A DNA stretch of 64,000 nt from Lepidodermella squamata (GCA_047495785.1 JBLDXI010000029.1:2914001-2978000); one strand, 5' to 3'. Shown: positions 34,400-46,417, counted from the first letter of the stretch. Notes: generated from the letters alone by a model not told the origin. Numbers and translations are program-made.

Positions 34400-36275
34400 A
34401 CACCATGCGTCTATTGTCCTCGAGGCTGACATGCCTCGCACTAAGTGCATGTACTTCAACTATAAACACACAAGCCCTTGGATGCCAACGGTTGGCCCAA
34501 GGTGCGCCCTATAACTGACGGTTTTAAGACGTCGTTAGCGTTTCGGTATAACTCTCCATTTGACGGTAACTCCATCTCGCCATTGTTCTCTAGTTGCGGT
34601 AAAAAATTTACCGTAAACGGCACTACCTCGACTCTGAAGCATACATATACTCCTGAGCGGTAAAATTACTTTTTCTGCGGTAAGTTCAGCTCATATTATG
34701 GAGAAAAAGGATAATGGAGTCGGCACTGCGCGCAGATCTGATGGTGCGCGCGCATCCGCTCGCGTCTTGGCTCGCGTTCTTACAATAGAGCGTGTTACGC
34801 AACCGCTGTAGGGCATGACTATAACAGAAGAATTGCCAGTTGATTTACGGTGTTATAAATTGACGCGTTACCATGGTGCGCGAGCGGGATTCCTCCACGG
34901 CTCACATGCAGCATGCTTCTTGCGCTCGCTGTGTCAGCCGTACAGTAAGCGGAAAGACAAAAGCTTACGTTAAATAGTAACTGCCGCAATTGCTTCTACG
35001 TTCTACGGTAAAACTAACGCCGCGTGCGGTAAAAATGTACAAACGCGGCGGCGTTCGTTTTACCGCACAAGCATTGAGGTGACCTTGTTTGCGTGCTGCG
35101 GTAAAATAATTACCGCCAGATGGAGAGTTATACCGAAACGCTAGCGACGTACACATCGCGTCTCGACCGGATATTGAGCTTACTCGATTGAGCTTATTGG
35201 TGGGACGAATTTTCGTCCTGGTGAGGGACACCTCCGCAAGTTAATCCAGGATCACACACCCATTTGGGAGAATTTGCATACCACCGCCAAGGACACCCTT
35301 CAAGTCGTGAGGCGCCTACGGGCTCTCACGCTTCGGGACGCGGAACGTGTGACATACATGATGTCCGCTGATGTCAATGCCATGTATAACCAAGTGCCCC
35401 TCTCAGAGGCTGTCACTGCAGTACGGTGGTATCTAGAGGAATTCCGCAGGTTGCCCGATGATGCAATTGCGCCGGTGTGCGACCTGACGGAGCTGGTCTT
35501 GCGGCACAACACTGTTTCCTTCAATGATAAGTTCTACCGGCAGACGCGCGGCCTTGCCATGGGCGGAAACATCTCGCCCCCAGTGGCCATTTGCTGGCTG
35601 TTCTATAAGGAACGTTGGCTTTCAGTAGGCTCGGGGGCGCTATACACGACGCGTTTCCTTGACGACATTTTCTCCATCTCCCACATGCGGGAGGGACTGG
35701 AGCGCTTTGTTGATGCCTACGAGGGCAGTCACCCTAACATCAAGATAACCGCGGATATTGCGGTGGATAGTCAGCACTTCCTCGACATAAACGTTCAGCG
35801 TTGTGGGAATAGACTGCTGACGTCGCTGTACGTCAAGCCGACAGACAACTTAGCTCTCCTCCATGGTAGCTCGAATCACCCTCGCCATATTTTCACGGGG
35901 ATTATGCGCGGGCAGATCTTGCGATTTCTCCGCATCTGTCAGACACACAGCGCCTTTATGTCAGCATGCGTCCAACTTGGCACTCACCTTAGTAAACGGG
36001 GGTACAGTTGGCACAGCTTTGTTACCCAGCTACACCGGGTAAGTGCTGAGCGCAAGGGACTCAAGTGGCCCTTCGCCAAAGCACGCCGCCCTAGCAGGGC
36101 ATATGCATCGTCGCACACCTTGCCTTACAGCAAGGCGTTGAACCCCCTCTTGGGATTTTTGAAGAGTAAGGTACCACTGGCCTACACGCTTGAGAGCTCC
36201 ATCGGGCAGCGCTATAGGCGTTCAAAGTTCTCACTAACCCCCACTTCTGTATTTACAGGTGTGGCGCCGCGCTGA
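34400..36275 (+). mobile_element. Penelope-like reverse transcriptase, disrupted in its 5' part, with no GIY-YIG domain visible
   Basis: PRTKCMYFNYK, frameshift, HKPLDANGWPKVRPITDG; TTAKDT; SADVNAMY; GLAMGG; RFLDDIF; HFLD; LYVKPTD; SNHP..FTGI..GQILRFLRIC; RGY; LPYS. Confidence 0.88.
34533..35146. mobile_element. MITE with ~37-bp TIRs inserted at an ACGT site in the PLE RT
   Basis: acgt-cgttagcgtttcggtataactctccatttgacggtaa and ttaccgccagatggagagttataccgaaacgctagcg-acgt; removing it restores the frame GFKTYTSRLDRILSLL. Confidence 0.8.
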
Positions 36276-36516
36276 TCACCGGCCGATGTGGACAACAATG
36301 CCAGGCAAGGACTGCCTCTATATGACTGTTTCATACATATGAGTCACGCATTTTGTTGAATAAACATTTATGCCATGCTTACTCTAGCGGTGTTTTTCAC
36401 TTTCCTCTTGCCTTATCACAGGCAGAATTCAGCTACCTCTGAGTCGCCGAGGAAACACATGCACCAACCGCGCGTGGGAGCTGCCGGACTCGGGCTGCTC
36501 CAGCCAGTTTGCCAAC

Positions 36517-36897
36517 TTGAAGCGCCCGGTGGATCCTGCCTCCGAGGGGGATCGTGCCGTAGGCCAACACGCATTCTGGTTACGCATGTGGGAAGAAAAG
36601 CGCAAGGTTCCGTTCTTTCGGACACATCCCGAAGAACTCCTCTGCCTGTTCCGTAGTTGTGGCGCCACCACCCGCACCATATATGGCATGTACACCCATT
36701 TCATGCAGCGCCACAGGAAGGCAGGGTGCATTTTCCGCAATTTCTGGAAGCTGATTGTAGGTCAGCCGTGGAAAAAGAAGACTTCCCACTCGCCCTACAC
36801 AGTTCCTTGGCCGGAGTGCTGGTGTGAGGTGATTTACGGCTATGAAGATAAGCTGACCCGCCGCCAACTTCCGGAACATGGCGAAGCATCATCGTGA
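36517..36897 (+). CDS. Possible exon encoding a C2H2-like zinc finger within the transposon cargo
   Basis: CLFRSCGATTRTIYGMYTHFMQRH (C-x4-C-x12-H-x4-H); upstream acceptor-like site (ttatcacag at ~36421); AATAAA at ~36927. Confidence 0.4.
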   Translation: MKRPVDPASEGDRAVGQHAFWLRMWEEKRKVPFFRTHPEELLCLFRSCGATTRTIYGMYTHFMQRHRKAGCIFRNFWKLIVGQPWKKKTSHSPYTVPWPECWCEVIYGYEDKLTRRQLPEHGEASS

Positions 36898-38389
36898 CTA
36901 TCACTGTTTTGTGACTTGGCTCCATAATAAAAGTGTGCCCTTTCACCTAGTAAACGTCTGTTCTTTGACATCACCAACCACACCCGCCGTGATGCCCCAG
37001 TAAGTCACTTGCTGCACTTGGCTCTGGCCTGTAGCCTAATGTGGTGCACTGCAACCACGTCTCTGGGGACTAGAGACGCACAGGCGGTCCACTTCGTGTT
37101 GGACATGACTTTCCCTGGGGGTACCGGTCACGTGAGCCAGAACCAGAGCCACGTGAGTCGAGAGCCATGGCTGCCCGCGACCGCTATTGCGGGACCACGG
37201 GGGCACATTCCTGGCGCATTGCTTGGAGTGCGCGCTTTAGTGCGCGCTCCGGGTGCACACCTCTCGCCAATCGGCGTCACGGGCACGGACTTGGTCATTC
37301 TGCCTTTTTTCAATTTGAAAGAAAGCAGAATTTTGGGGATGTGGACCATTCGGCCTACAGAATGAGGGCTCACTGAACCCTCGCCCCAGGGCAAATGTCC
37401 CAAATAAAAAAAAACGGACCAATACACTGGAACCTTGACGTGGTGGTACCGCTTGACTGTTAGCTGTTCTCCGGACCTACCGAGTTGGCACTGTCGACTC
37501 CACCCTGTGAGGGACCCTGGCCGGACACTCTCAGTTGCCTAATCCCAGTGTACATACCGGATCACTGCTCCGGCTGTTGGGCTTTGCCACATTGACCAAT
37601 CACCTGCCAATGGTTGTGATTGTGCCCTGCCTCCATGTGCTATGTGCCCACCTTGCATACATGGAATGTGATGAATGACAGGCGTCACATTTTGAAGCTC
37701 GGACGAGATTGCTTGTAGCGTGGATTCCTCGCTGCACCCAACATGGGCCTCCATGTTGGCGACTGAAAACGACCCATTCTCATCTCTGCTACCCTATGCT
37801 GGTGTTGATGTTTTTTTTAACAAATTTAAGCTGGCCGTAGCACTGCGATAGCACTGAAATAGTAGTCGCCGTAGCGAAGACAAGTTATTTGTGTGCTACC
37901 ATTTTCGTATAATGTGAAAATTTATGTCGTGGAGTGGTTTCTAGCTATCTGTGGGTTACGTCCCACAAGAAACTGGATACTAACATGAATGGATACTCAC
38001 CACTTGAGCTTTCCCATTTGCGCTACCTGCGCTTTCTCATTTCAATTTCAATTTCAGAATATTGCCAAATACGTGTAATCAACGAGGAATTCATGTAAAA
38101 TAATGAAATAATAATAAAGCAGAGCTCAAAATTTGGACCAAAATTGTCAAAATTGTACGATGTTTCAATGAAAATCTCTCGATAATGAAAGGGATGTAAA
38201 AATGCTTTCAAGCCAGGATTCGTTTAATCAACTGCAAGGAGGTCGTCGAGGCCCCTCGAATGACTTTGTTGATGGCCAGGTTGTCGAATTAGCATTTAGT
38301 GGTGCGCGCCAGTAGATTTTAGCGGTAGATTTCGACTTGTCAAGATTATTTGAAGTTTTCGCGGGCACAACAATTCAACGCACAACAAA

Positions 38390-39060
38390 ATGATTTCAAG
38401 CGCGCACAACAATTCACTGGCTCACCACTCCTGCAACCGCGAAGCCAAACTTGGTCAGAAGCCGAATTATTACAGATTACAGCCTGGTGTGCCTTGAGCT
38501 GCGATCTGTCAAGTTATTTCAAACTTTACTTTCAATCCTGTCAATTTACTGCTTCATTGCCAGGATTCACCGTAAGAAATTCCTCCTGACCAACTACCGC
38601 GTAATTGGCGGCGGTAAAGCGCCAATACGGCTTGAAAAGGGCAATAAATTTACGATCACATTTTACCAACACCTTCTGGGACCTAACAAAGTGGAATTGG
38701 AAATCGGCTCAGACGGCCTATTCTTCTACGGCTTCCCCGAGCTCGATGTAACTGTCATCGAATTAGGGCAGAAGACGTTGAGACAAGTGCAAAGTCTGTG
38801 CTTCACGGTTTGTCCTTTGGTTCGCCCGAAAAGCCAGAACGCCATTCCCAGGGTAGAACAAGTCGTCAATGCCAGCTTGGGCATTCGTGTTTCTACCGGT
38901 ATTATTAGATCTGTTGATTCTCAGCAGGCTTTTTATAAGGCGCGAATCGGCCTCTCCGGCTCTCCAGTCTATACTGGTTCAGTCGTTATCGGATTCAATC
39001 GTCTGTGGAAGCTGGTTGTGATTCGGCCACGCTAATTGAAGCAATCCGGCTGCGTCTAAG
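38390..39060 (+). pseudogene. Frameshifted, catalytically dead group A protease copy
   Basis: LTNYRVI (His replaced by Arg), ELDVTVIEL, GLSGSPV; frameshifts at both ends. Confidence 0.82.
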
Positions 39061-39614
39061 AAGACTGATCAGGGGATCGTAAGAAGCAAACGGAGATTCT
39101 TAGCAACTTACAGCTGGACCCTGAGTTCCGCCGGCTCGGTTAGCAGACTTTGATGTTCTACGGGACAATTTGTCAACCGCTGACAGCATTCAGCTTGGTC
39201 GCTAGCAGCTCATTGCCTCCGACTCAGAAGCAGGCTCAGTCTCTTGCTCTGATGAATCCAAGTTTTCCAACTCGTCTGACTCGGAAATTTAATATTTCTA
39301 GGCATTGCTTCTGAAATGCCAAACTCAACTTCGAATTCAACGGATATATCGGTTGTTAAATGACTCTGTTTCTGATTGATTCTGATTGATAATCCCGAAT
39401 GAATCTTGGGATAAGCCCGAATCCATGGCAGCCGGTGCTCATGAACAATTGAAACTTTGCTTGCTTCATGCACAAAATGATGCCTTGACTAAGCTTAGTC
39501 TCTGAGTCAAAAATAACTTAATTTCTCAACATTTTTATTTTATTGATAACATATATCACCAAGCCTCAATATGTTGATCAAGTTTTGCGGTTCTGCACGC
39601 AATTTTTGAGGCCA

Positions 39615-42004
39615 TCAAGCGATGATGCTTGTACGCCTTGACATTTTTTTCGCGCCTCGACTCTCCAACAAGTCCAGAATAGCAGTCCGTCTCTCCTCTC
39701 GAGCCAACAAATACGCAGTTTTCTCATCTCGATTTTCAACCTCCACCAACTCAGGCTTCATGTCCAGCAGGTAGGCCACAACATCAACATGGCCGAAATA
39801 AGCAGCCAGATGGATAGGGTTCGAAATCAAATCATCAGTATTACTCATCGCACTCAAATTTGCGCCCTTCTTAACCAAATACTTCACCACAGTCAAATGG
39901 CCACCCAGGGCAGCTTGATGTAACGGGGTTCGGCCAAGGCCGTTGATAGCCTCGATAAGGCTAGGTTTGCTTTCGATGAAGAAAGAAACGGCGTCCAAGT
40001 GGCCGAATCTAGCTGCCCAATGTACGCCCATATCGGCGTGTTTTTCGTCCTTGGCGCAGATATCGGCGCCTTTTTCAACCAGGAATTTAATGACGTGGGC
40101 GTGACCTTTCTCAGCAGCGCACAGCAGTGGGGTCATGCCGTATTGACCTCGATTTTCCAAATTAGCCCGCTTCTCGTTAACTGTAAAAACAGGCAACAAA
40201 TCAGAAGCAATCAAATAAATGTGGCCCAATTCTGGACAAAGTCGAAATTCTTCAATATGACCTAATTTCAGACATTTTTGAAAATTTAGGGAATTCAGCT
40301 TAAAATCGTGCTAAGCAAAGAAATTTGACCTAATTTAGGACATCTTCAAATTTTGAATTTTCGCGTGATTTTGTTCAATTTTTCGAAATTCCGAAATATT
40401 CCGGAATTTGACCTAGTTTTGGACAAAATGTCATTTTCGTGAATATTCAAATATACAGCTGATATTTTTCGATTATCGTTACCTAGGCATTCGATAACAG
40501 ATATTTTTCCATAGACAGCAGCCATGTTGAGCGGCGTATCGCCATATCGATTTTTCGCCTCGACCAGGTCAGAATCCAAACCAACAAGGAACCTCACAAT
40601 ATCGACAAAACCGCCCTGCGCCGCGAAATGAATCGGCATCGATTGCAGTTTGTGAGCATCGCGTAGGTGGTAATCGGCGCTTTGGGCCTTTACCAAATAG
40701 CCGACTACAGCAAGGTGGCCGTGCCGAGCGGCATGCATCAGTGGCGTTCGGTCGTGCGATTGAGCATCGCGGCAGTCGATCAACAGGTGGCGGCCTGTTG
40801 GTGGAATGCCGGGTTTTGACGTGATCTCTTTGACTACGTCGAGATTGCCAACTTTTGACGCATTTATCAGCCTTAAAGCTTCAGTAGGTAGCTTTGAAAA
40901 AAATCGGAAAAAATTGAGAAAAAATCAAATATATTATTATTTAACTTTAACTATCGGGAAGTATAACCTCAATTTTTGCGATTTTTATAGGAATTATTTA
41001 TTTGAAAAATGTTTATTCAATCAATAAATTTTTTATAATTTATTGGTCAAGGCTATCTGCACCCACCTGGTGGGTGTCATAAGGTGACTATTTACACCCA
41101 GTGGGTGCTCTAATCTTGCTATTTACACCCGAAAAGGGTGTATTTAGCAGCTTAAGAACACCCACTGGGTGTAAATAGTCACCTTGTGACACCCTTTAGT
41201 GGGTGTAAATAGCCACTTCCTAATTTATTAAGTAATTAATTGCAGATTCGAATTTGTTGAACTCACCTTGTCTCGTTTCCAAATTTCCAGAGCTCGAAAG
41301 TCTCCGACGGCCTTTCGAATAGTTGGATCAGGAAATAGGAAATCGACATCTTCGTCCGATTTTGCTACGAGATCATCCGCTTTTATTCCCCTTTCTGAAA
41401 TTGAGAAAATATTCTATTAAATCATTTTTATTCAAAAGTGGAAAGGAGAGAACTTGAATTTTACAAAAAATATTATTCTTTTTTTTAATAATTTTTTGTA
41501 ATTTTTTAATAATTTTATCCTACATCCTAAATGGAATTCCCAAAAATTTGGAAAAATTCATAAATAATCCAAAGCTCAAAAATATTTTTTTATTGCTTTC
41601 GAACATTTCAAACCCCTTTTTTGTGAATTTATTTGTGAATTTTTGGAAGTACATTACAAAATGTTCTGAATTTCTTGGCTCAAACCTTGCAGCGTGCTGC
41701 AAATTTCTTCCTTCAAGTTGGTCGGAATCGCCTCGCAATCGCGAACCAGCTTCAAATCTTGCTGCCTAATCGAGCTCGGCGAAACCAGCGTCGGATCTTC
41801 ATGGTCAACATTTTCATCGAGGTAGAACGCCGACTGGTCGGGCTCTTCTAGAACATTCGCATTGCGGATATCTTCGACGTAGCCGCAAAAGCTCGGGTCA
41901 CGCTTGAGTGGCTGCGCGCCGGGTTGAAGCAGCATGGTATTACTGCTATTCGACCTCATAAAATACGTATCATCTTCGGCCTGATTTTCCTCAACAGATG
42001 CCAT
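39615..42004 (-). CDS. Ankyrin-repeat protein with acidic N-terminus and SAM-like domain (exons 42004-41686, 41394-41267, 40891-40483, 40180-39615)
   Basis: All junctions are GT-AG and in frame; about 9 ankyrin repeats (TPLMHAARHGH, PIHFAAQGG, TPLNMAAVYG, TPLLCAAEKGH, VHWAARFGH, TPLHQAALGGH, PIHLAAYFGH). Confidence 0.88.
41045..41220. mobile_element. Mutator-like foldback MITE with 9-bp TSD, intronic
   Basis: Near-complete hairpin of tatttacaccc / gggtgtaaata units; taatttatt at 41036-41044 and 41221-41229. Confidence 0.82.
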
Positions 42005-42396
42005 GATCACAAATTTTCTATAGTGGAAAAAAGTTAAATTTCCTAAGAAAATGATCGAAGCGTGGGGAAATGCACTCAACCGTTGCGGTGTTCAGTTTTA
42101 AGGTGGCGAAAAATATATAGAAAAAAATCGATCAAGGAATGGATTGTTTCCTTTGTGTTTTTTGCGTTGCTATAAACCACCGAGGTGAGAAAGAAAAGAT
42201 GTCACGCTCTAACGCGCACCTTAATATATTAATGAGCGCGCAAAAAATGATTTTTCCGATCACCCGGAATAGCGTATAAAAAAACCAGACACGCAAATAT
42301 TGATGTTTATTCCACCGTTGTAAAATCGAATAATCAATTTAAAAAATATCGATAATTTGAAATAGCACCAGGATTTTCGATCAACTCAGAAATCGA

Positions 42397-44145
42397 TCAA
42401 GCGAATAAATTAGCGACATCGGCTAGGGTGGAATTATTAGGCGGTGGGGTGATGCCGACAATGTGGGCAATCATTGCGTAAATGTCCTTTGTTTTGAAAG
42501 ATCGCGTTGATTTATAGCCACCGGCTTTGAAAGCTGGGCCTCGGGCCATGAACAGTGGCTGCATGTGACGCTCAGATGGCAGGTAACCATGCGTAGCCGT
42601 GTTACCACCCGATGATTTTTTCTAAAAAAAATCACAACATTTAATTGAAAAATTATAATAATATTTCCAGAAATTTTCAAAAAATTAGAAAAATTCGAAA
42701 TTAATTCGGGAATTTCCTAAAAAATTATTTTATGCTTGATTGATTTTTGCTTACCGGTCCCATGAAAAATCCGAGATTGCAGACAATAATGACCTCCATA
42801 ATGCGGTCATTGCTCGAATAGTGGAAATCAGACGGCATCGTAGCTTTGGTATAAACTGAAAATTTTCCCGTCGATTTAGCCGCGGCTGACAAAGTTTTGT
42901 AGACATAGTCCAACTGTCCTGCCTTGGGTTCAATATTCATCACAGCACCATAGGACGGAATCTAAGAATTTTCGAATTTTTTTTTTAATTTTTTAATTTT
43001 TTCTAAAATTTACCCGTTCGATGTAAGTTGAAACACTGATGTAATCCTCGAGATTGAGTCGTTCAACGACTTTGGTCATGCCGTGATCAGCGCACAGAAT
43101 AACGTTCAATTTATCGGTACCGAGTCCAACCTCGTCTAACCGGGTCATTAAATAGGACAGGTACCAGTCCAATAGCGATAATTGGGTCGCAGTGTCAGTA
43201 GCATCTGGGCCCTTTGAGTGACCTAATAATGAAAAAAAATTAAAATTGAAAAATATTTGAATTTCTTTTCACTGACCGACATTATCAGGCTGGTTGTAGT
43301 AAATAAAGGCCATATCGACATTTTTCTCCGTTAAATAGTCAATCGCTTCATCGATACGCGTTTCCATCGGCAAATTCGACTCGTATTTAGGGCGGTAATA
43401 ATCCGGGGTCAACCCTCCCGGGAAAACAACGGCCGAACCTGGCCACAGGGTGACTGAAGTTTTCTTATTTTGTTTACGAGCTGTGATCCAAATCGGCTCG
43501 GCCTGGCCCCACCATGCAATATCGACATTGTCCATAGAAAACGTTGCGTTAAGGTGAGGATCGTACATGTTATTACCGGTTATTCCATGGCTTTCTGAGT
43601 ACATTCCAGTAACTATGGACCACTGGAAAAAAATGCAAGAAAATATAAAAAATATTATAAATACATAGGTTCATTCCAGAACTGCCTTAATTGAATAATT
43701 AATTTGAAAAATCAATAAATTTGTATAATAAATAGTAATAAAATAATAAATTAGTATAAAATAATTTTAAAATATTAGGAAAATTTTTGAAATTGTTTAG
43801 ATAATTATAGGATAGGAACTATGGGAATTATAGAATTAGTATAATTAAAGGAATTTTGTGAATTCAAAAAATTATTTAATCAATAAATATATTGGCTATT
43901 TCAAAATTTCAAAATTAAAATTTAAGGCTCACATGGTTTGGAAATGTCTCGCTAGGGAAGACGCTTTGAGTCGAAGCCGCGTAGACACCATCGTCTCGAA
44001 ATTTGTTGAACCAAGGCAAGAACCGATTGTCGAAATAAATTTGCCGAAATCCATCGAAAGAAACAACAAGCAACTTCTGATTCAACCCAACAGCATGGGT
44101 CGAACCGGCAAAAATCGCAAAAATTGCAAATAAATATGCCAACAT
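42397..44145 (-). CDS. Secreted ectonucleotide pyrophosphatase/phosphodiesterase (ENPP4/5/7-like), multi-exon
   Basis: Signal peptide; LLVVSFDGFR; FPSETFPNH (Thr nucleophile); ESHGITGN; EPIW; QPDNVGH; ADHGM; NHRGG.HGY; PNNST. Confidence 0.92.
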
Positions 44146-44632
44146 GGTTTTTGACAGCCCTGTAACGAGTACAAAAAATTGAGTAATGAACTCTCTGTCC
44201 GAACTTGCTTTTTTACATACCCCTATATGACCGTTATCTTTTTTGTCTTTATCAGCATTTATTTTACTTCTATTGTTTATTCATTGGCGTATAATTGCGA
44301 CCGCTGCCACGTGTCAAAAGTGTAAAAATAAACGATAATATTGTTATAGATGACTGATAGGCAGGAAGAAGCAAGCGAGGTAATATATTCGAAAAAGCGT
44401 CAATTTTTGCGCGCGCAAAGTGCGAAAAACATTGGCGTTGCGCGCAAAAAAACAGCGCGCCGCCGCACGTTCACACCTGTGCGACACGTATGTTTTCGCA
44501 GCTCACAAAGCAGCGTTTGCTTACACCCGCAATCAAATATTTTGCGCGAAAAGGGTTGAAAATTTGCATTGCTTAAAACAAAAAAAAATCCGCCTTAATT
44601 TTTATTGTCGCGCATAATTTTGTGTGTATATT

Positions 44633-46091
44633 ATGCCTCGCCGACGCAATAATAATTTTTGCGCACTCATTTTTTTGTTAATAACAAGTGGGCCGATAAT
44701 TAATGGCGACATAACGCCGTCGATGGCGCGCGTTGTCTACGCCGATGCTGGCATGAGTCCTGATTTTCAATTTTGGGCTGTTTCCGTTGTTGAAGATGCG
44801 TTGACCTACTTTGATACGCACATTCGTAATCCTAATGTTAGCGGGCTATTAACCGCCATGTCGGAATTTGTGCGCAAAAGATTCGACCAAGCGTATGGAT
44901 TCTACTGGGCTACCATTGTTATGCGCAATGGTGGCAGGGATTCAGGTAGGAATAAATTTCCTCTCAATTTAGCAAAAATTGAAACTTTGACAAATCCACG
45001 GTTTTCTAAGGATTTTTCTCAGGAGATTCTGAAAAAAATGAAATTTATGTGGACAGACTGATTCCAAATTTTCCAGTGAATTTTCTTATGTCTTACAATA
45101 TTTTCTGGAAATTTTAGATATTGTAGATATTCCATGGATTCGAATGGATTTGCATATTCATGAGTTTTGAGATTTGGCTCGAATTCCGAAGAAAATTTGG
45201 CAAATTATTTAAATTATTTCCTGTTTTTAACTTGGAACTGCTTTTTGTCTATACCGAATCAATTTTTTAAAAATTTAGAAATTATTGATGTTATTGATAT
45301 TGACTTCGCTCGACCTTAATAATTTACCCTTTTGCATCACTAATCGCCCTCATAATTGAAAGCATTAAAAAATTTCTACTCTATTTTCGCCAACAATATT
45401 TTAATTTCGAATTTTCGAAAATTTGATTTTTTAATTTTTCTGAAGTGCAAGGGTCCTAAATTCGAACCTTGGAAAAATTCGAAAATCGACCTAAACCTAA
45501 CCCCAACCCTAACCCTAACCCTGAACCCTTATCCAGCCATAAACCCAACCTTAAACCTAGAACCCTAATCTACCTAATCTACCCTAACCCCAGCACTGAA
45601 TCCTAACCTTAAAACCTAACCTCAACTCCTAATTATCGTTTTCTGAAAAACACGATTTTATGGAAAACAATATGTGTGAAAGAACACTTGGCTTCATAAA
45701 TTCAAATTTTTAGGATCTATTGATGGTTTTTCATTGTTAATTTTGGCATAAAAAATTTCGATATCTTCAATTGTTTTCTCAAGGCTGGAAAGTCTGGTAC
45801 GACATTCCGAACTACGTTGTAGTCGGTACTGATTCCGGTTTTACCTTTGTTATTTACAAAAACGCCTGCGATCCACCGCAACGGCCTGAGCCTTACAACT
45901 ACGACAACGGCGGCTTTGATTATCGCGACTCCCAGGCGGGTCTAGCGGCGACAACCTCACGCCCGCGGCGCATCACCGTGCCGAAAAAGGTCATGATGAA
46001 TGGCGCCACGACGCGCCGGGCGCCGCTGCGACGGCCGGCTGTATCGCGCAAACCACTCGGCCTTACTAAAGCGCCTAAATACGACGTGTAA
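44633..46091 (+). CDS. Signal-peptide protein with a dynein light chain (LC8)-like domain and basic tail (exons 44633-44945, 45784-46091)
   Basis: FCALIFLLITSG leader; GMSPDFQFWAVSVVEDAL..EFVRKRFDQAYGFYWATIV..GWKV..YVVV..FTFVIYK parallels LC8 DMSEEMQ..KKEFDKKY.PTWHCIVG..ILLFK. Confidence 0.7.
45490..45632. repeat. Degenerate telomere-like (CCCTAA)n tract in an intron
   Basis: cctaaacctaaccccaaccctaaccctaaccctgaaccc..cctaacc. Confidence 0.7.
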
Positions 46092-46417
46092 AAATCGGCT
46101 AAAAAATTATTTAATTCAAAAAATATTTTTCGAGAGAAACGGTCAGCAAATACTGAATATTATTTATCTCCCTGATTTTCCTTATTTTTTTTGTTTCGCC
46201 TTAGATTCGACAAACTCTTTTAAAGAGCGTGCGTCAAATTTGATTTTTTTAATAAATATATTTTTGATAAAAAAATCACCGTTATTGATAATTCTGTTGA
46301 TAGTTTATTTTGATTGGTCAATTATCAAAAATTAATTAAATTAATCATTGTTTCATAAAATCGATTAGAGTGGTACAAAAAATCTGGGAACAAAGTTCAA
46401 TTTTTTCGAGTTTTTTT

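Larger units (their letters stand above)
34257..37788. mobile_element. hAT-like non-autonomous DNA transposon (18-bp TIR, 8-bp TSD) carrying GC-rich cargo
   Basis: Perfect TIRs cagagatgagaatgggtc (34257-34274) and gacccattctcatctctg (37771-37788); TSD ctacccta at 34249-34256 and 37789-37796; subterminal IR ggagacccatgttggg / cccaacatgggcctcc. Confidence 0.88.

Noticed and set aside
45490-45632. True telomere or chromosome-healing site
   Set aside because: Short, degenerate and inside an intron; a similar tract occurs at 11750.
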